A stretch of 64,000 nucleotides of DNA from Candidatus Eiseniibacteriota bacterium (lineage in GTDB: Bacteria; Eisenbacteria; RBG-16-71-46; CAVPCR01): positions 480,001 to 544,000 of the forward strand of contig CAWGMA010000003.1 of assembly GCA_963823555.1 (NCBI GenBank). Reading direction: 5' to 3'. Position 1 is the stretch's first letter, and each line of letters opens with the position of its first letter. A model generated the notes under the pieces. The model saw nothing but the letters and a program-made list of their open reading frames with translations. It ran no database searches and was not told where the DNA came from. The translations under genes were made by a program, and so were the position numbers. Positions 48,635 through 59,758 of the stretch are shown piece after piece.

Positions 48635-50862
48635 CGCACCTCGCCGCTGACGCCGAGGTGATCGAGCCCGACGATCGATTGGTCGGAGTTGTTCTGGGCC
48701 CAGAAGATGAGGGTGAAGCGGTTGGTTCCGCCGACGATCGGGGTCAGGTCGTGGACGTCACCGAGCCGGTCGAGGGCGACGCCCTCGAGAATCGGGCGGA
48801 GCCTGTCGCCGACCATGACCTCGACCTTGGTCGAGGTGCCGCGGAGCACGAGATCGTGCAGCTCGACGCGAGCGAACTTCCGGCCCGCGGCCGCAGTGAA
48901 GGTGTAGGCGACGCGGCCGTTCTTGCCAGGGTTGAGCGATAGCCCGTAGGTGCCCGGATAGAAACCCTCGATCTGATCGGCGTCGCGGCGCGAGAAACCG
49001 CCACGGGCGAGATCATCCTCGTAATCGAAAGCGCCGGAGATCGGGGCCTTGAGCCCGGCTGCAGCGAGCTCGTCGGCTTGCTGCTGCATGTCGCTCGCCG
49101 CATTGGCGCCGATGGCGCCCTGCTTGCCGAGCTGGGTCGTGAGCGCCAGCGCTTCATCCAGCTTCGCCTGCGCCGCGGCCTGTTCGGCGTCGGCTCCCGA
49201 GCGCTTGTAGCGGTCCACGGCCACCATCGCCTCGACCTGGAGCTGGGCGGCCTCGAGCAACCTGGCCTCGCGCTCGATGCGCGCCCGGTAGGGCGCACCG
49301 GAGCCTGCGGCCAGTTGATCCAGGCGCTTGACGGCCGCCGCCAGTTCATCCACCGAGTAGAGCTCGTTGGCGCTGCGGCTGTCTCCTGCCACCATGCGGT
49401 CAGGTGGAATGGTCTCCACGGTGCGCTTGAGTCCGGCCATGGCGGCGAGCACATCCGGTGCCTTGGGGCCAAAGCGAGCCCCGGCGAGATCAGCCAGGAT
49501 CGTCTCGGCGTCCGCTGCCGGGTTCCACTGCAGCTCGAGATCGACGGCCATCAACAGGTCGCTCATGAAGCCGCGGTAGAGGTATTCGCGCGACATACCT
49601 TGGGCCCCGAGGTCGCGGTAGGCGCGCAGATTGATGCTGAGCACCTTGAAAGTGAGGTCGGGCACAGGCCACAGGCAGGCGTAATCGCGGGCCATGATCT
49701 GGCGGGAGATGGCCGCCCAGCCCTCGAGATTGCGACGGAACTTCGCATTCGATGAACAGGCGGCATCGGTGATGGCATGCACCTGGCAGACGCTGTACCG
49801 GGCGACCACCGGGACCAGGTTGGCGTTCAGGCGGAGCCCGGTGTCGTAGGGCGGCTCGACGAGCTCGGCGTAAGCGTAGAAGGAGAGGTAGCGGTCCGGG
49901 AACTCCGCCGCGACGCGCCGCGTGACCTCGTTGGCATAGCGAACATAGCGAGTCGCCAGATCGGGGCTATCGCGCTTGCAGCTGGCGCAGGCGCAGAACC
50001 GCCCGCCATCGTTCGGACTCAGGCTGCCCATCTGGAGATCCGGCTCGTGCTTGAACCTCGCGATCCAGTGTTCCGCGGAGAGCTTGACCACATCGGGATT
50101 GGATAGGCACAGCTGCCCATCGGCGACGCGCTTGCCGTTGATCTCGGCGTAGTACTCCGGGTGCTTGGCAAAGAAATCCGCGGCGGGGATCATGTCGGCG
50201 AAGTAATGGCGGATGATGGCATGGATGCCGCCGGAGCGATGCCGGCGGGCGAAGAGGCGGATCGCATCGCGGTCGGCCTTGCTGACTCCGGCCAGCACGT
50301 TCTCGTTGTACCAGGCCTGGCGGAGGGCCAGCGCCGGGTGCTCGACGCGACGGCCGGAGGGAACGAGGATGTCGGCCTGCCTCGGCACCGTGACGCCGTC
50401 CGGCCCGGGGCCGTGCACCCGTACCCCGAGTCCGGCCGAAGCCAGGTCGTAGATGGCGTTGGCCGTGCCCTCCGGAGTGGGGCCGGCGAGAGCCAGGACA
50501 TCGTCCTTGGCCTCGAGGGCGTAGCCATCGAAACCGACCTGGGCTGGATCCAGCTCGAGGCCCGAGGACAGGGCGGCCTTCCCGATGAGCACGGCCGGAC
50601 CGGCGGGCCGGGTGCCGCCCGAGACCAGGGCGGGCTCGTTGCTCGTCGCCTCGCCCAGCCACGACCGGAGGTCCGCGATCGCCTGGGCCAGGGTGGGATC
50701 CTTGGATTCGGCGCCATCGACCACGATGGTCGCGGGGCGGCCGCCCCTGGCGAGCGGAAAATCGGCCAGGGACACCGCGGGAGCCACCACGCCCAGGATC
50801 ACGGCCGTGGTCAAGGCCTGCCCGGCGAGGCACGTGAACGTCAGCAAAGTATTAATTGACAT
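48631..50862 (-). CDS. Secreted DUF4838-domain putative glycoside hydrolase-like protein
   Basis: Signal peptide; DGYAL...LAG...GTANAIY domain; HPEYYAEINGKR, QLCLSNP, SPNDG..FCAC..C, FYAY; LQWNP. Confidence 0.75.
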   Translation of the reverse strand: MSINTLLTFTCLAGQALTTAVILGVVAPAVSLADFPLARGGRPATIVVDGAESKDPTLAQAIADLRSWLGEATSNEPALVSGGTRPAGPAVLIGKAALSSGLELDPAQVGFDGYALEAKDDVLALAGPTPEGTANAIYDLASAGLGVRVHGPGPDGVTVPRQADILVPSGRRVEHPALALRQAWYNENVLAGVSKADRDAIRLFARRHRSGGIHAIIRHYFADMIPAADFFAKHPEYYAEINGKRVADGQLCLSNPDVVKLSAEHWIARFKHEPDLQMGSLSPNDGGRFCACASCKRDSPDLATRYVRYANEVTRRVAAEFPDRYLSFYAYAELVEPPYDTGLRLNANLVPVVARYSVCQVHAITDAACSSNAKFRRNLEGWAAISRQIMARDYACLWPVPDLTFKVLSINLRAYRDLGAQGMSREYLYRGFMSDLLMAVDLELQWNPAADAETILADLAGARFGPKAPDVLAAMAGLKRTVETIPPDRMVAGDSRSANELYSVDELAAAVKRLDQLAAGSGAPYRARIEREARLLEAAQLQVEAMVAVDRYKRSGADAEQAAAQAKLDEALALTTQLGKQGAIGANAASDMQQQADELAAAGLKAPISGAFDYEDDLARGGFSRRDADQIEGFYPGTYGLSLNPGKNGRVAYTFTAAAGRKFARVELHDLVLRGTSTKVEVMVGDRLRPILEGVALDRLGDVHDLTPIVGGTNRFTLIFWAQNNSDQSIVGLDHLGVSGEVR

Positions 50863-51130
50863 AGTGTTAGAGTCCCTCTTCGATCCGGCGTGGGCTCCCG
50901 ACGAGCCCGATTCTTCGGCCCGCCGTGGCCCGGTGGAGTTGCATGCTGTACCAGCGATGGGTCCAAAGGGCAAGATGATCCCGGGGCAAGGGGTTCCGGG
51001 TTCCGGGCCGCCCCCACCGGGGGCCTCGGGCTCAAATGAGCATTTGAGCCTCACATTTTCCCTGGAGATCATCCTAAGAGATTAATTGATAATTGGTTGC
51101 AAGGCTCGATCGGCCTTCAGCCCATGGTCG

Positions 51131-51159
51131 TTGACAAATCTGGCCGCCTTCACTAGTCT
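51131..51159 (+). promoter_or_regulatory. sigma70 promoter for the 51369 peptidase
   Basis: TTGACA-N17-TAGTCT, preceded by an AT-rich tract at about 51076-51098. Confidence 0.65.
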
Positions 51160-51368
51160 AATGTACAAGCCGCCTGTATCGCCGCCGCCCGGCGGAGGGA
51201 GGCTTGCATACCTCTGGAGCTGAAGGGATCCCGGCCTTCTAGCCCTACGGGCCCAGGGCGTTGTTTGCAGCACGAGAACCACCAGCGGACCCGAAAACCA
51301 GGTCCAAGACCAGGCCCGGAAGGTACCGCCACCAACCCACCGAGGAAACTTCCGAGGAGAGTGATTCC

Positions 51369-54326
51369 ATGGCGCTTACCCGACTGAAGACTCTCGCGCT
51401 GACGGGTCTTCTTGCTTTGTGGGCGACGCAAGCCGCCGCTGTCCTGCCGGATAGCGATGCGTCGGTGTTCGAGATCCCGCTGCCGGATGCAGCGATCCTA
51501 CAGTCCCCGGACGACGTGCCGGGAGCGGTCGAGGCGGCTCGCCAGATGACTGCACGCTACGGTGGCGACTGGAAAGTCGCATTGTGGCATCCGGTATCGC
51601 GCACGCCCCTGGCGATGTTCGGTTCGGGTGTGCAGGTGGCCGATGGCGCCTTGACGACCGATCAAGCGGCGGAGCGTTCGGCGACGAGCTTCCTCCAGGC
51701 GAACGCGGATCTGGTGGGGGCGAGCGCGAGCGACCTGGAACTGGAGGTGGTGGCGCGGGGCGCGGGCCAGGTTGGGGTGCACTACGGGCAGATGTACCAC
51801 GGAATCCCCGTGATCGGGGGCCGGGTGCGGGCGGTGTTCCTGGAGGACGGCCGACTCATCCATCTGGGGTCGACTTTCTACGGGGAAGTGGCGGTGAATC
51901 CGGTGCCGGCGCTGAGCGCGGCGGTGGCCGAGGGGATCGCCCGGGCGAACCTGCCCTTCAACCCGGCGACGGACAAGTTGCTCGGGGAGACGGCCCTCAT
52001 GGTGCTGCCTGTGCCCGAGGCGGGCGGCGGCGCGGAGTATCACCTGGTGTGGCGGGTGCAGGTTGGTCTGTCGGAGCCGTACGCGGTGTACGTGACGCAC
52101 GTGGACGCCCACTCGGGTGAGATCATCTGGCGGTACAACGATGTGCACAGCCTGTACTCGGGTCATGTCCAGGGCTCGGTGGACCAGTCGGGCTACTGCG
52201 ACGGCGAGCAGACGGTGCCGCTGCGCAACATGAACGTGACGGTGACGGGCGCGGGCACCGTGATCACGGACATCAATGGCGACTTCTCGATCAACGCGAC
52301 AGGTGGCGCCCGCGCCATCTCCGCGCAGTTCTTGGGTCCGCGGGTGAACGTGAACGACACCCAGTACGGGGACTCGATGTACAACGGGACGATCCAGGAG
52401 AACGTGCCGCTCACGATCAACTGGACTGACGCCTCGCCGTCGCGGCGTGCGGAGCGGGACTGCTTCTTCTGGGTCAACGCGACCAACGAGTACGTCCGCG
52501 CCATCGACTCGGGGTGGTCGATCCCGTCGCACAACGCCAACGTGAACGTCAACTCGACCTGCAACGCCAACTGGAGCACCTGGACCATGAACTTCTTCCG
52601 GGAGGGCGGCGGTTGCGCCAACACCGGAGTCATCGGCGACGTCATGGCCCACGAGTTCGGGCACGGCATCCAGTACACGCTGCTCAACTCGCAGGGCAAT
52701 GAGGGCCTCGGCGAGGGGAACGGCGACATCGCGGCGAGCTTCATGAGCGACGACTCGGTGATCGGCCGTGGCTTCTACCTCAACAACTGCACGAGCGGGA
52801 TCCGCGACTGCCGGAACACGCTGCGCTATCCGGGCGACGTGGTCGGGCAGCAGATCCACAACGCCGGGCGCGTGATGTGCGGCTTCAACTGGGATCTGCG
52901 CCAGCTGCTCGAGGCGCGCGACGGCGCGGCTCAGGGCAAGGCCTACACGGCCGATCTGTGGCACTTTGCGCGCAAGGTCTACCGGCCCTTCTTCCAGCCC
53001 GATCAGGTGCTGGCCTACTTCCAGATCGACGACTCGCCGACCTACGGCACGGGCAACGGCAACCTCGGCGACGGCACGCCCAACTACGAGGAGATCTGCG
53101 AGGCGGCCATGAACCACGGGTTCTCCTGCCCGGCGATCACCGAGGGTGTGACCATCGTCCATACCCCGCTCGGCGATACGCCGAACCCGGGTCCGTTCGC
53201 GGTCACGGCGACGATCTCGGCCTTCGGTCCGAACCCGCTCAACACGAGCTCGGCGCGGCTGTTCTACGCGGTCAACGGTGGAGCGTTCACCGATGTGGCG
53301 ATGAACAACACCGGGGGCTCGACCTTCGAGGGTCAGATCCCGAGCCAGCCGGCGGGGAGCGCGGTCGCCTACTACATGACGGCCGAGACCACGGTCGGCG
53401 TGCAGGGCTGGGCGCCGCCGGATGCACCCGAGGAGTACTACCTCTTCGGATCCGGCAACTTCACGGTCAACCTGGACGACGACATCGAGATCGATCGCGG
53501 CTGGGCGATGACCGAGCCGGGGACCGATGGCACGTGGGAGCGTGGGGATCCGGTCGGCACCGTGGCCGGTTCGATTCCGGTGCAGCCGGAAGACGACCAC
53601 ACCCCGGCGCCGGGGACGATCTGCTGGGTGACGGGCAACCCGCCGCCGGGATCGTTCTTCTTCGTCGAGGAGGTGGACGGCCGGACCTCGATCGTGAGCC
53701 CGCTCATGGACATGGCGGGGGCGACGATGGCGCGCGGCACGGTGTGGCTGTGGGGCTATTTCTCCGTGGGCAACACCGAGGACTACCTCGAGCTGTCGGC
53801 GTCGTCCGACGGCGGCGCGACCTGGACGCGAGTCGTGCGGGTGATGGACAACGGGCTGAATGCGTGGAACGAGTACGAGTTCACGCTGGATCCGTTCGCG
53901 TTCAACTTCACCTCGCAGATGCGGTTCAAGGTGACGGCGGAGGACGTGGGTCAGGACACCATCATGGACTGCGCGATGGATGATTTCCTGGTGCGGTCTT
54001 TGGTGGGCGGATCTGCGGCGGTGGAGGGTCCGGCGAGCGTGCGGCCGGTGAGCTACACGCTGCATCCGAGCCAGCCCAACCCGTTCAATCCGCGCACCGA
54101 GATCCGTTACGAGCTGCCGCAGGACGAGGCGGTGAAGATCGCGGTGTACGACGTCTCGGGGCGTGAGCTCAAGGTGCTGGTGGATGAAGCCAGGACGGCG
54201 GGTATCCACTCGGTCACCTGGGACGGCACCGACGCCGATGGTCGGGCGTTGGCCTCGGGGGTCTACTTCTACCGGCTCACCGCCGGCCAGTTCGAGCAGA
54301 CCCGGCGCATGACCCTCATCAAGTAG
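51369..54326 (+). CDS. Secreted M4/M36-like zinc metallopeptidase with FlgD-Ig tail; paralog of 811..3780
   Basis: GAGGAG RBS; signal peptide; AHEFGHG, NEGLGEGNGD; same domain order as 811..3780; tail SQPNPFNP...SGVYFY...TRRMTLIK. Confidence 0.8.
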   Translation: MALTRLKTLALTGLLALWATQAAAVLPDSDASVFEIPLPDAAILQSPDDVPGAVEAARQMTARYGGDWKVALWHPVSRTPLAMFGSGVQVADGALTTDQAAERSATSFLQANADLVGASASDLELEVVARGAGQVGVHYGQMYHGIPVIGGRVRAVFLEDGRLIHLGSTFYGEVAVNPVPALSAAVAEGIARANLPFNPATDKLLGETALMVLPVPEAGGGAEYHLVWRVQVGLSEPYAVYVTHVDAHSGEIIWRYNDVHSLYSGHVQGSVDQSGYCDGEQTVPLRNMNVTVTGAGTVITDINGDFSINATGGARAISAQFLGPRVNVNDTQYGDSMYNGTIQENVPLTINWTDASPSRRAERDCFFWVNATNEYVRAIDSGWSIPSHNANVNVNSTCNANWSTWTMNFFREGGGCANTGVIGDVMAHEFGHGIQYTLLNSQGNEGLGEGNGDIAASFMSDDSVIGRGFYLNNCTSGIRDCRNTLRYPGDVVGQQIHNAGRVMCGFNWDLRQLLEARDGAAQGKAYTADLWHFARKVYRPFFQPDQVLAYFQIDDSPTYGTGNGNLGDGTPNYEEICEAAMNHGFSCPAITEGVTIVHTPLGDTPNPGPFAVTATISAFGPNPLNTSSARLFYAVNGGAFTDVAMNNTGGSTFEGQIPSQPAGSAVAYYMTAETTVGVQGWAPPDAPEEYYLFGSGNFTVNLDDDIEIDRGWAMTEPGTDGTWERGDPVGTVAGSIPVQPEDDHTPAPGTICWVTGNPPPGSFFFVEEVDGRTSIVSPLMDMAGATMARGTVWLWGYFSVGNTEDYLELSASSDGGATWTRVVRVMDNGLNAWNEYEFTLDPFAFNFTSQMRFKVTAEDVGQDTIMDCAMDDFLVRSLVGGSAAVEGPASVRPVSYTLHPSQPNPFNPRTEIRYELPQDEAVKIAVYDVSGRELKVLVDEARTAGIHSVTWDGTDADGRALASGVYFYRLTAGQFEQTRRMTLIK

Positions 54327-54378
54327 TCGAGGGAAATCGCGGAAAACGGCGCCGCCGAGAGGCGGCGCCGCGAAGCGG

Positions 54379-54413
54379 AAGGGGGGCGTCTCGGAAGCGA
54401 GACGCCCCCTTTT
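54379..54413 (+). terminator. Intrinsic terminator
   Basis: GGGGGCGTCTCG-gaag-CGAGACGCCCCC followed by TTTT; a second hairpin lies at 54347-54370. Confidence 0.75.
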
Positions 54414-54588
54414 GTCTGGGCCGGGCGTCAAGCCCGCGTGCGCTCTGCCGGCGGCGGCGCTTGTTGGATGGCTTTCCCTTCGACTACCATGCTCCGTGTC
54501 CGATACCGGGGATGTGGGATCCACCGCCCCCTGATCGCTCTTCCGTCGGTGCCCCTTTGACCGCCGCTACCATCGAAGGAGGAAAACG

Positions 54589-55737
54589 TTGAATATCCTC
54601 GTCCTTCTGGGGGGCAGTTCAGCCGAGCGCGAGATCAGCTGGAAGACCGGGATGGGGATCGTCGCGGCTCTCGGCCGCCGTGGTCATCGAGTGGTCGCCG
54701 GGGATCCGGCCACCGGGCGCCTGGTCGCGGACGACGGAGCGGGCGGAGGCACGCCGGCCGCCGCGGAGGCCCGCGTCGCCAGGGGGCAGGGAGGGGAGCT
54801 GCTCCTCGCCGAGCATGTGCGGGCCCTCGTCACCGGAGGCAAGGAGTCCGCCGGGTATGACGTGGTCTTTCTCGCCCTCCATGGTGGGGCCGGCGAGGAC
54901 GGCACGGTGCAGACCCTCCTCGATCTGGCCCGCGTGCCCTACACGGGATCGGGACCGCTGGCCTCTGCGCTCGCCATGGACAAGGTGATGGCCAAGCGTC
55001 TCTTCGTATGGGCGGGAGTCCCGACTCCTGACTGGGTGGAGCTGACCCTCGAGGAAGCCCGGGCCATGGTCCGCGCGGCCACCGGGGGCGAGGAGGGAAG
55101 GCCGATCGCCGCGCCGCGCCGGCTCGCCGGACTCGGCGGCCTCCCGGTCGTCGTCAAGCCCGTGGACCAGGGATCGACGCTCGGGCTCACGATCGTCAGC
55201 GCCTGGAACGATCTGCCCGCCGCCATCGAGACCGCGGCTCGCTACGGGGGCCGGATTCTCTGCGAGCGCTTCATCCCCGGTCGCGAGCTCGCGGTGGGTG
55301 TCCTCGGTGACGAGGCACTGCCCATTGTCGAGATCGAGCCGACCAAGGGCATCTATGACTACGAATGCAAGTACACGAAGGGGATGAGCCGTTATACGTG
55401 CCCCGCCGAGCTCAGCGAGGACCAGGCTCGGGCCGCCCAGCTCGCGGCAGTACATGCCTTCCGGGCTCTGGCCTGCTCCGACTTCGGGCGGGTCGACATC
55501 CGGCTCTCGCCGGAGGGGCGACCCTATGTGCTCGAGGTGAACACGATTCCCGGCATGACCGAGACCAGCCTCCTGCCCATGGCGGCGAGCGCGGCCGGAA
55601 TGTCCTACGAGGAGCTGGTGGAGCGCATGTGCGAGCTGGCGCTGAGCCGGGGGCGGGGCGATGCGGCCAAGCTGGACGGGACGGCCGGCCCCCGGACCGG
55701 CGATACTCATCCGCAGGCGCGGGTCGCCGCCGGCTAG
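54589..55737 (+). CDS. ddl: D-alanine--D-alanine ligase
   Basis: TTG start after AAGGAGG; LGGSSAEREIS, LHGGAGEDG, AMDK, VVKP..QGST, YDYECKY, RVD, LEVNTIPG. Confidence 0.93.
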   Translation: MNILVLLGGSSAEREISWKTGMGIVAALGRRGHRVVAGDPATGRLVADDGAGGGTPAAAEARVARGQGGELLLAEHVRALVTGGKESAGYDVVFLALHGGAGEDGTVQTLLDLARVPYTGSGPLASALAMDKVMAKRLFVWAGVPTPDWVELTLEEARAMVRAATGGEEGRPIAAPRRLAGLGGLPVVVKPVDQGSTLGLTIVSAWNDLPAAIETAARYGGRILCERFIPGRELAVGVLGDEALPIVEIEPTKGIYDYECKYTKGMSRYTCPAELSEDQARAAQLAAVHAFRALACSDFGRVDIRLSPEGRPYVLEVNTIPGMTETSLLPMAASAAGMSYEELVERMCELALSRGRGDAAKLDGTAGPRTGDTHPQARVAAG

Positions 55738-55766
55738 ATCGAGAGATCGATAGCAGGAGGGGGAGA

Positions 55767-57179
55767 TTGACACTCCGAATCCACGACAATCTGAGCCGCA
55801 CCCTGAACGAGTTCGTTCCCGTGCATCCTGGCCGGGTCGGGATCTACGTCTGCGGCATGACGGTGCAGGGGCCGCCGCACGTCGGTCACCTGCGTGCGGC
55901 GGTTTTCGGGGACGTCGTTCGGCGCTATCTCGAACACCGTGGCTACGAGGTGACGCTCGTTCACAACTTCACGGACGTGGACGACAAGATCATCGAGAAG
56001 GCGGCAGAGGAAGGTGTCGACTATCGGGTGATCGCCGAGCGCAACATGGCGGCCTATAGCGCGGCGATCGAGCGCATGAACGTCCTGCCTCCGAGTCTCG
56101 CTCCCAAGGCCAGCGAGCACATCGAGGACATCGTCGAGCTCATCGCCACCCTCGTCGCCAAGGGACATGCCTACGCCGCGGGCGGTGACGTCTACTTCTC
56201 GGTGTCGAGCTACCCAGCCTATGGGCAGCTGTCCGGCCGTCGCGTCGAGGATCTCATCGCCGGAGCGCGGATCGAGGTCGGGGAAGCCAAGCGGGCTCCC
56301 GCCGACTTCGCGCTGTGGAAAGGTGCCAAGCCGGGCGAGCCTTCATGGCCGAGCCCGTGGGGACCGGGGCGACCAGGCTGGCACATCGAGTGCTCGGCGA
56401 TGGCCATGCGCTACCTGGGGCCGGTCCTGGATCTGCACGGCGGAGGCATGGACCTCGTATTCCCCCACCACGAGAACGAGCTCGCGCAATCGGAAGCCGC
56501 TACGGGACAGCCCTTTGTGCGCCACTGGATCCAGCACGGGCTCGTGAACCTCGCCGGGGAGAAGATGTCCAAGTCGACGCAGCACTTCTTCCTGGCCGAG
56601 GACGTGTTCCGCGACGTGGACCCCGCCGTTGTCCGCTACTACCTCATGACCACGCACTACCGGAGCCCGATCGAGTTTTCCCCCGAGCGCCTGCGTGAGG
56701 CCGAGGTGGCTCTGCGCAAGCTCAAGAACTTCGTCGTTGATGCCGAGTTCGCCGCCGGCGAGGTCGGGACCGGCGCCGGCGAGCACCCCGCAGCGGAGCG
56801 TCTGATCGCGGCGGCGAACGAGGAGTTCACCGCCGCCATGGACGACGATCTCAACACCGCCCGGGCCCTGGCGGCGATCTTCGAGCTGGTGCGCGAGATG
56901 GGCCGGCTCCGGAGCGAGGATGGGGAGAGCGGGCCGGCCTTCGCTGCGTCGATGGCGCAGGCCGGTGACGCCGTGGTCCGCCTCGGGCGCCTCCTGGGCA
57001 TGCAGCTCAAGGGGGCCGAGGTGGAGGTCCCGGCCCGGGCCGAGGCGCTGAGGATCGAGCGTGACCAGGCGCGGGCCGCCCGCGCCTGGGACCGAGCCGA
57101 CGCCATCCGGGCCGAGCTCGCGGGTCTGGGCTATGCGGTGGAGGACCACCCGGCGGGAAGCCGGCTCAAGAGGCTGTAG
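55767..57179 (+). CDS. cysS: Cysteinyl-tRNA synthetase
   Basis: TTG start; YVCGMT, HVGH, NFTDVDDK, DFALWK, GRPGWHIEC, FPHHENE, KMSKS. Confidence 0.96.
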   Translation: MTLRIHDNLSRTLNEFVPVHPGRVGIYVCGMTVQGPPHVGHLRAAVFGDVVRRYLEHRGYEVTLVHNFTDVDDKIIEKAAEEGVDYRVIAERNMAAYSAAIERMNVLPPSLAPKASEHIEDIVELIATLVAKGHAYAAGGDVYFSVSSYPAYGQLSGRRVEDLIAGARIEVGEAKRAPADFALWKGAKPGEPSWPSPWGPGRPGWHIECSAMAMRYLGPVLDLHGGGMDLVFPHHENELAQSEAATGQPFVRHWIQHGLVNLAGEKMSKSTQHFFLAEDVFRDVDPAVVRYYLMTTHYRSPIEFSPERLREAEVALRKLKNFVVDAEFAAGEVGTGAGEHPAAERLIAAANEEFTAAMDDDLNTARALAAIFELVREMGRLRSEDGESGPAFAASMAQAGDAVVRLGRLLGMQLKGAEVEVPARAEALRIERDQARAARAWDRADAIRAELAGLGYAVEDHPAGSRLKRL

Positions 57180-57407
57180 GAGCCCCCGGAAGCGGCTTAT
57201 AATCTTATAAATCTATATTAAATAATAATATAGTCACTTCAATCGGCTGGATCCGGAGGGTCGGGCTCCGGTATCGAGAGGGGCCTGGGGCTCACGACCG
57301 GGGTTCCGTCGCGGACACGAGCGCCGAGCCCGGGCTCGGCGCTCCCTGGAAGAGCCCGAGGCGGGTGGATCTTCCGCCTGGCGCAGGACTGGACCCTGGC
57401 TTTTCCC

Positions 57408-57437
57408 TTGACAGCTATTTCATCACCTAACTAGACT
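57408..57437 (+). promoter_or_regulatory. sigma70 promoter for the tRNA-tuf operon
   Basis: TTGACA-N18-TAGACT. Confidence 0.6.
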
Positions 57438-57687
57438 CGTCGGGCTTTGCGCAAGCTACGCCCCTGGCGCGAGTTCGGGCGCATGCGGGGGCTGCGTCCG
57501 GCGCGCCGTGCACAAGGTCGGCCACACCTCTCACCAGATCACTCCGATTCGGATTCCGTCGTGCTTGCCGGTCTCCCACGCGCGATGCGGCGAGGTGATC
57601 AGAGCAGCAGTCGGTGAGGTGTCTTGCTTTCCCTCGCGGCGGCGCGATGCTTGGCGTTCGGTGCGGCTCTTGCGACCTGAGGTGCAT

Positions 57688-57763
57688 GCTGGCGTAGCTC
57701 AACTGGTAGAGCTCCTCACTTGTAATGAGGAGGTTATGGGTTCGAGTCCCGTCGCCAGCTCCA
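57688..57763 (+). tRNA. tRNA-Thr(TGT)
   Basis: Cloverleaf; anticodon arm CCTCA-CT TGT AA-TGAGG; GTTCGAG T-loop; encoded CCA. Confidence 0.96.
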
Positions 57764-57812
57764 TCACTGGGAGGCGGCGCGGCGATCTCGATCGCGGGCG
57801 AACCGTCTCGCT

Positions 57813-57898
57813 GGGGAGGTTCCCGAGCGGTCAAAGGGAACAGACTGTAAATCTGTCGGCGTACGCCTTCGAAGGTTCGAATCCTTCCCTCCCCACCA
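57813..57898 (+). tRNA. tRNA-Tyr(GTA)
   Basis: ACAGA-CT GTA AA-TCTGT, long variable arm, GGTTCGAATCC, CCA. Confidence 0.97.
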
Positions 57899-57931
57899 TC
57901 TCGGGATGACGATCGTCGCGAGTTTGAGTGA

Positions 57932-58007
57932 GCGGGAATAGCTCAGTGGCTAGAGCGTCAGCCTTCCAAGCTGAGGGTCGCGGGTTCGAATCCCGTTTCC
58001 CGCTCCA
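57932..58007 (+). tRNA. tRNA-Gly(TCC)
   Basis: TCAGC-CT TCC AA-GCTGA, GGTTCGAATCC, CCA. Confidence 0.97.
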
Positions 58008-58135
58008 TAATTGCTGGGATGGGCGGTGACGCCCGGCTGGCCGAGGTATCTCCCCTGAGGTTGAACGCCAAGTCCACATTGAGTGGCGCACCGCCGGGAA
58101 CGCGTGCTGCGTGCCCGGTGGGCAGGGCCGTCGAA

Positions 58136-58211
58136 GCCCGCGTAGCTCAGTCGGTAGAGCAAGTGCATGGTAAGCACTAGGTCACCGGTTCAAGTCCGGT
58201 CGTGGGCTCCA
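58136..58211 (+). tRNA. tRNA-Thr(GGT)
   Basis: AGTGC-AT GGT AA-GCACT, GGTTCAAGTCC, CCA; standard Thr-Tyr-Gly-Thr-tuf order. Confidence 0.96.
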
Positions 58212-58215
58212 GTCT

Positions 58216-58247
58216 GATCGGGTCCGGCACTCATGCCGGACCCGATC
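58216..58247. other. Perfect 14-bp hairpin between the last tRNA and tuf
   Basis: GATCGGGTCCGGCA-ctca-TGCCGGACCCGATC; no U tail. Confidence 0.6.
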
Positions 58248-58365
58248 CCGAGTCGCGAAGCTCCACTCAGCAAGGGGAGTTTCACCAGGTCAACGGTTCA
58301 GCGCGGACATCGGATTCGAGGCACAGGGACGAGCTGTCCGTGAGTACGTCGGAGGTCGGGTAAAG

Positions 58366-59560
<1,195 letters not shown>

Positions 59561-59608
59561 CGGCGGAGCGAGCCACCGGCCGACGGCGACCGAGGCGGAG
59601 ACCCAGCG

Positions 59609-59758
59609 ATGCGAGATAAGGTCATCCTTGCTTGTAATGACTGCAAGCAAAGGAACTACAACATCACCAAGAACAAGCGGAAGCACCCGGACCGGCTGGA
59701 GCACAAGAAGTACTGCCGGTTCTGCCGCAAGCACACTACTCATCGTGAGACGCGGTAA
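59609..59758 (+). CDS. rpmG: 50S ribosomal protein L33 (Zn-binding type)
   Basis: Manual translation [49 protein letters not shown]. Confidence 0.95.
   Translation: MRDKVILACNDCKQRNYNITKNKRKHPDRLEHKKYCRFCRKHTTHRETR

Noticed and set aside
54589..55737. Van-type D-Ala-D-Lac ligase, since it lies outside a dcw cluster
   Set aside because: The omega loop reads YDYECKY (Tyr type of D-Ala-D-Ala ligases) and no van genes are adjacent.
57196..57242. dif site or oriC unwinding element
   Set aside because: CTATATTAAAT resembles a XerD arm but no XerC arm ending ATAA sits 6 bp upstream. I saw no DnaA-box cluster, and dnaA is not in the window.
57688..58211. Genomic island integrated at a tRNA
   Set aside because: No integrase and no duplicated tRNA 3' end were seen; the cluster runs directly into tuf.
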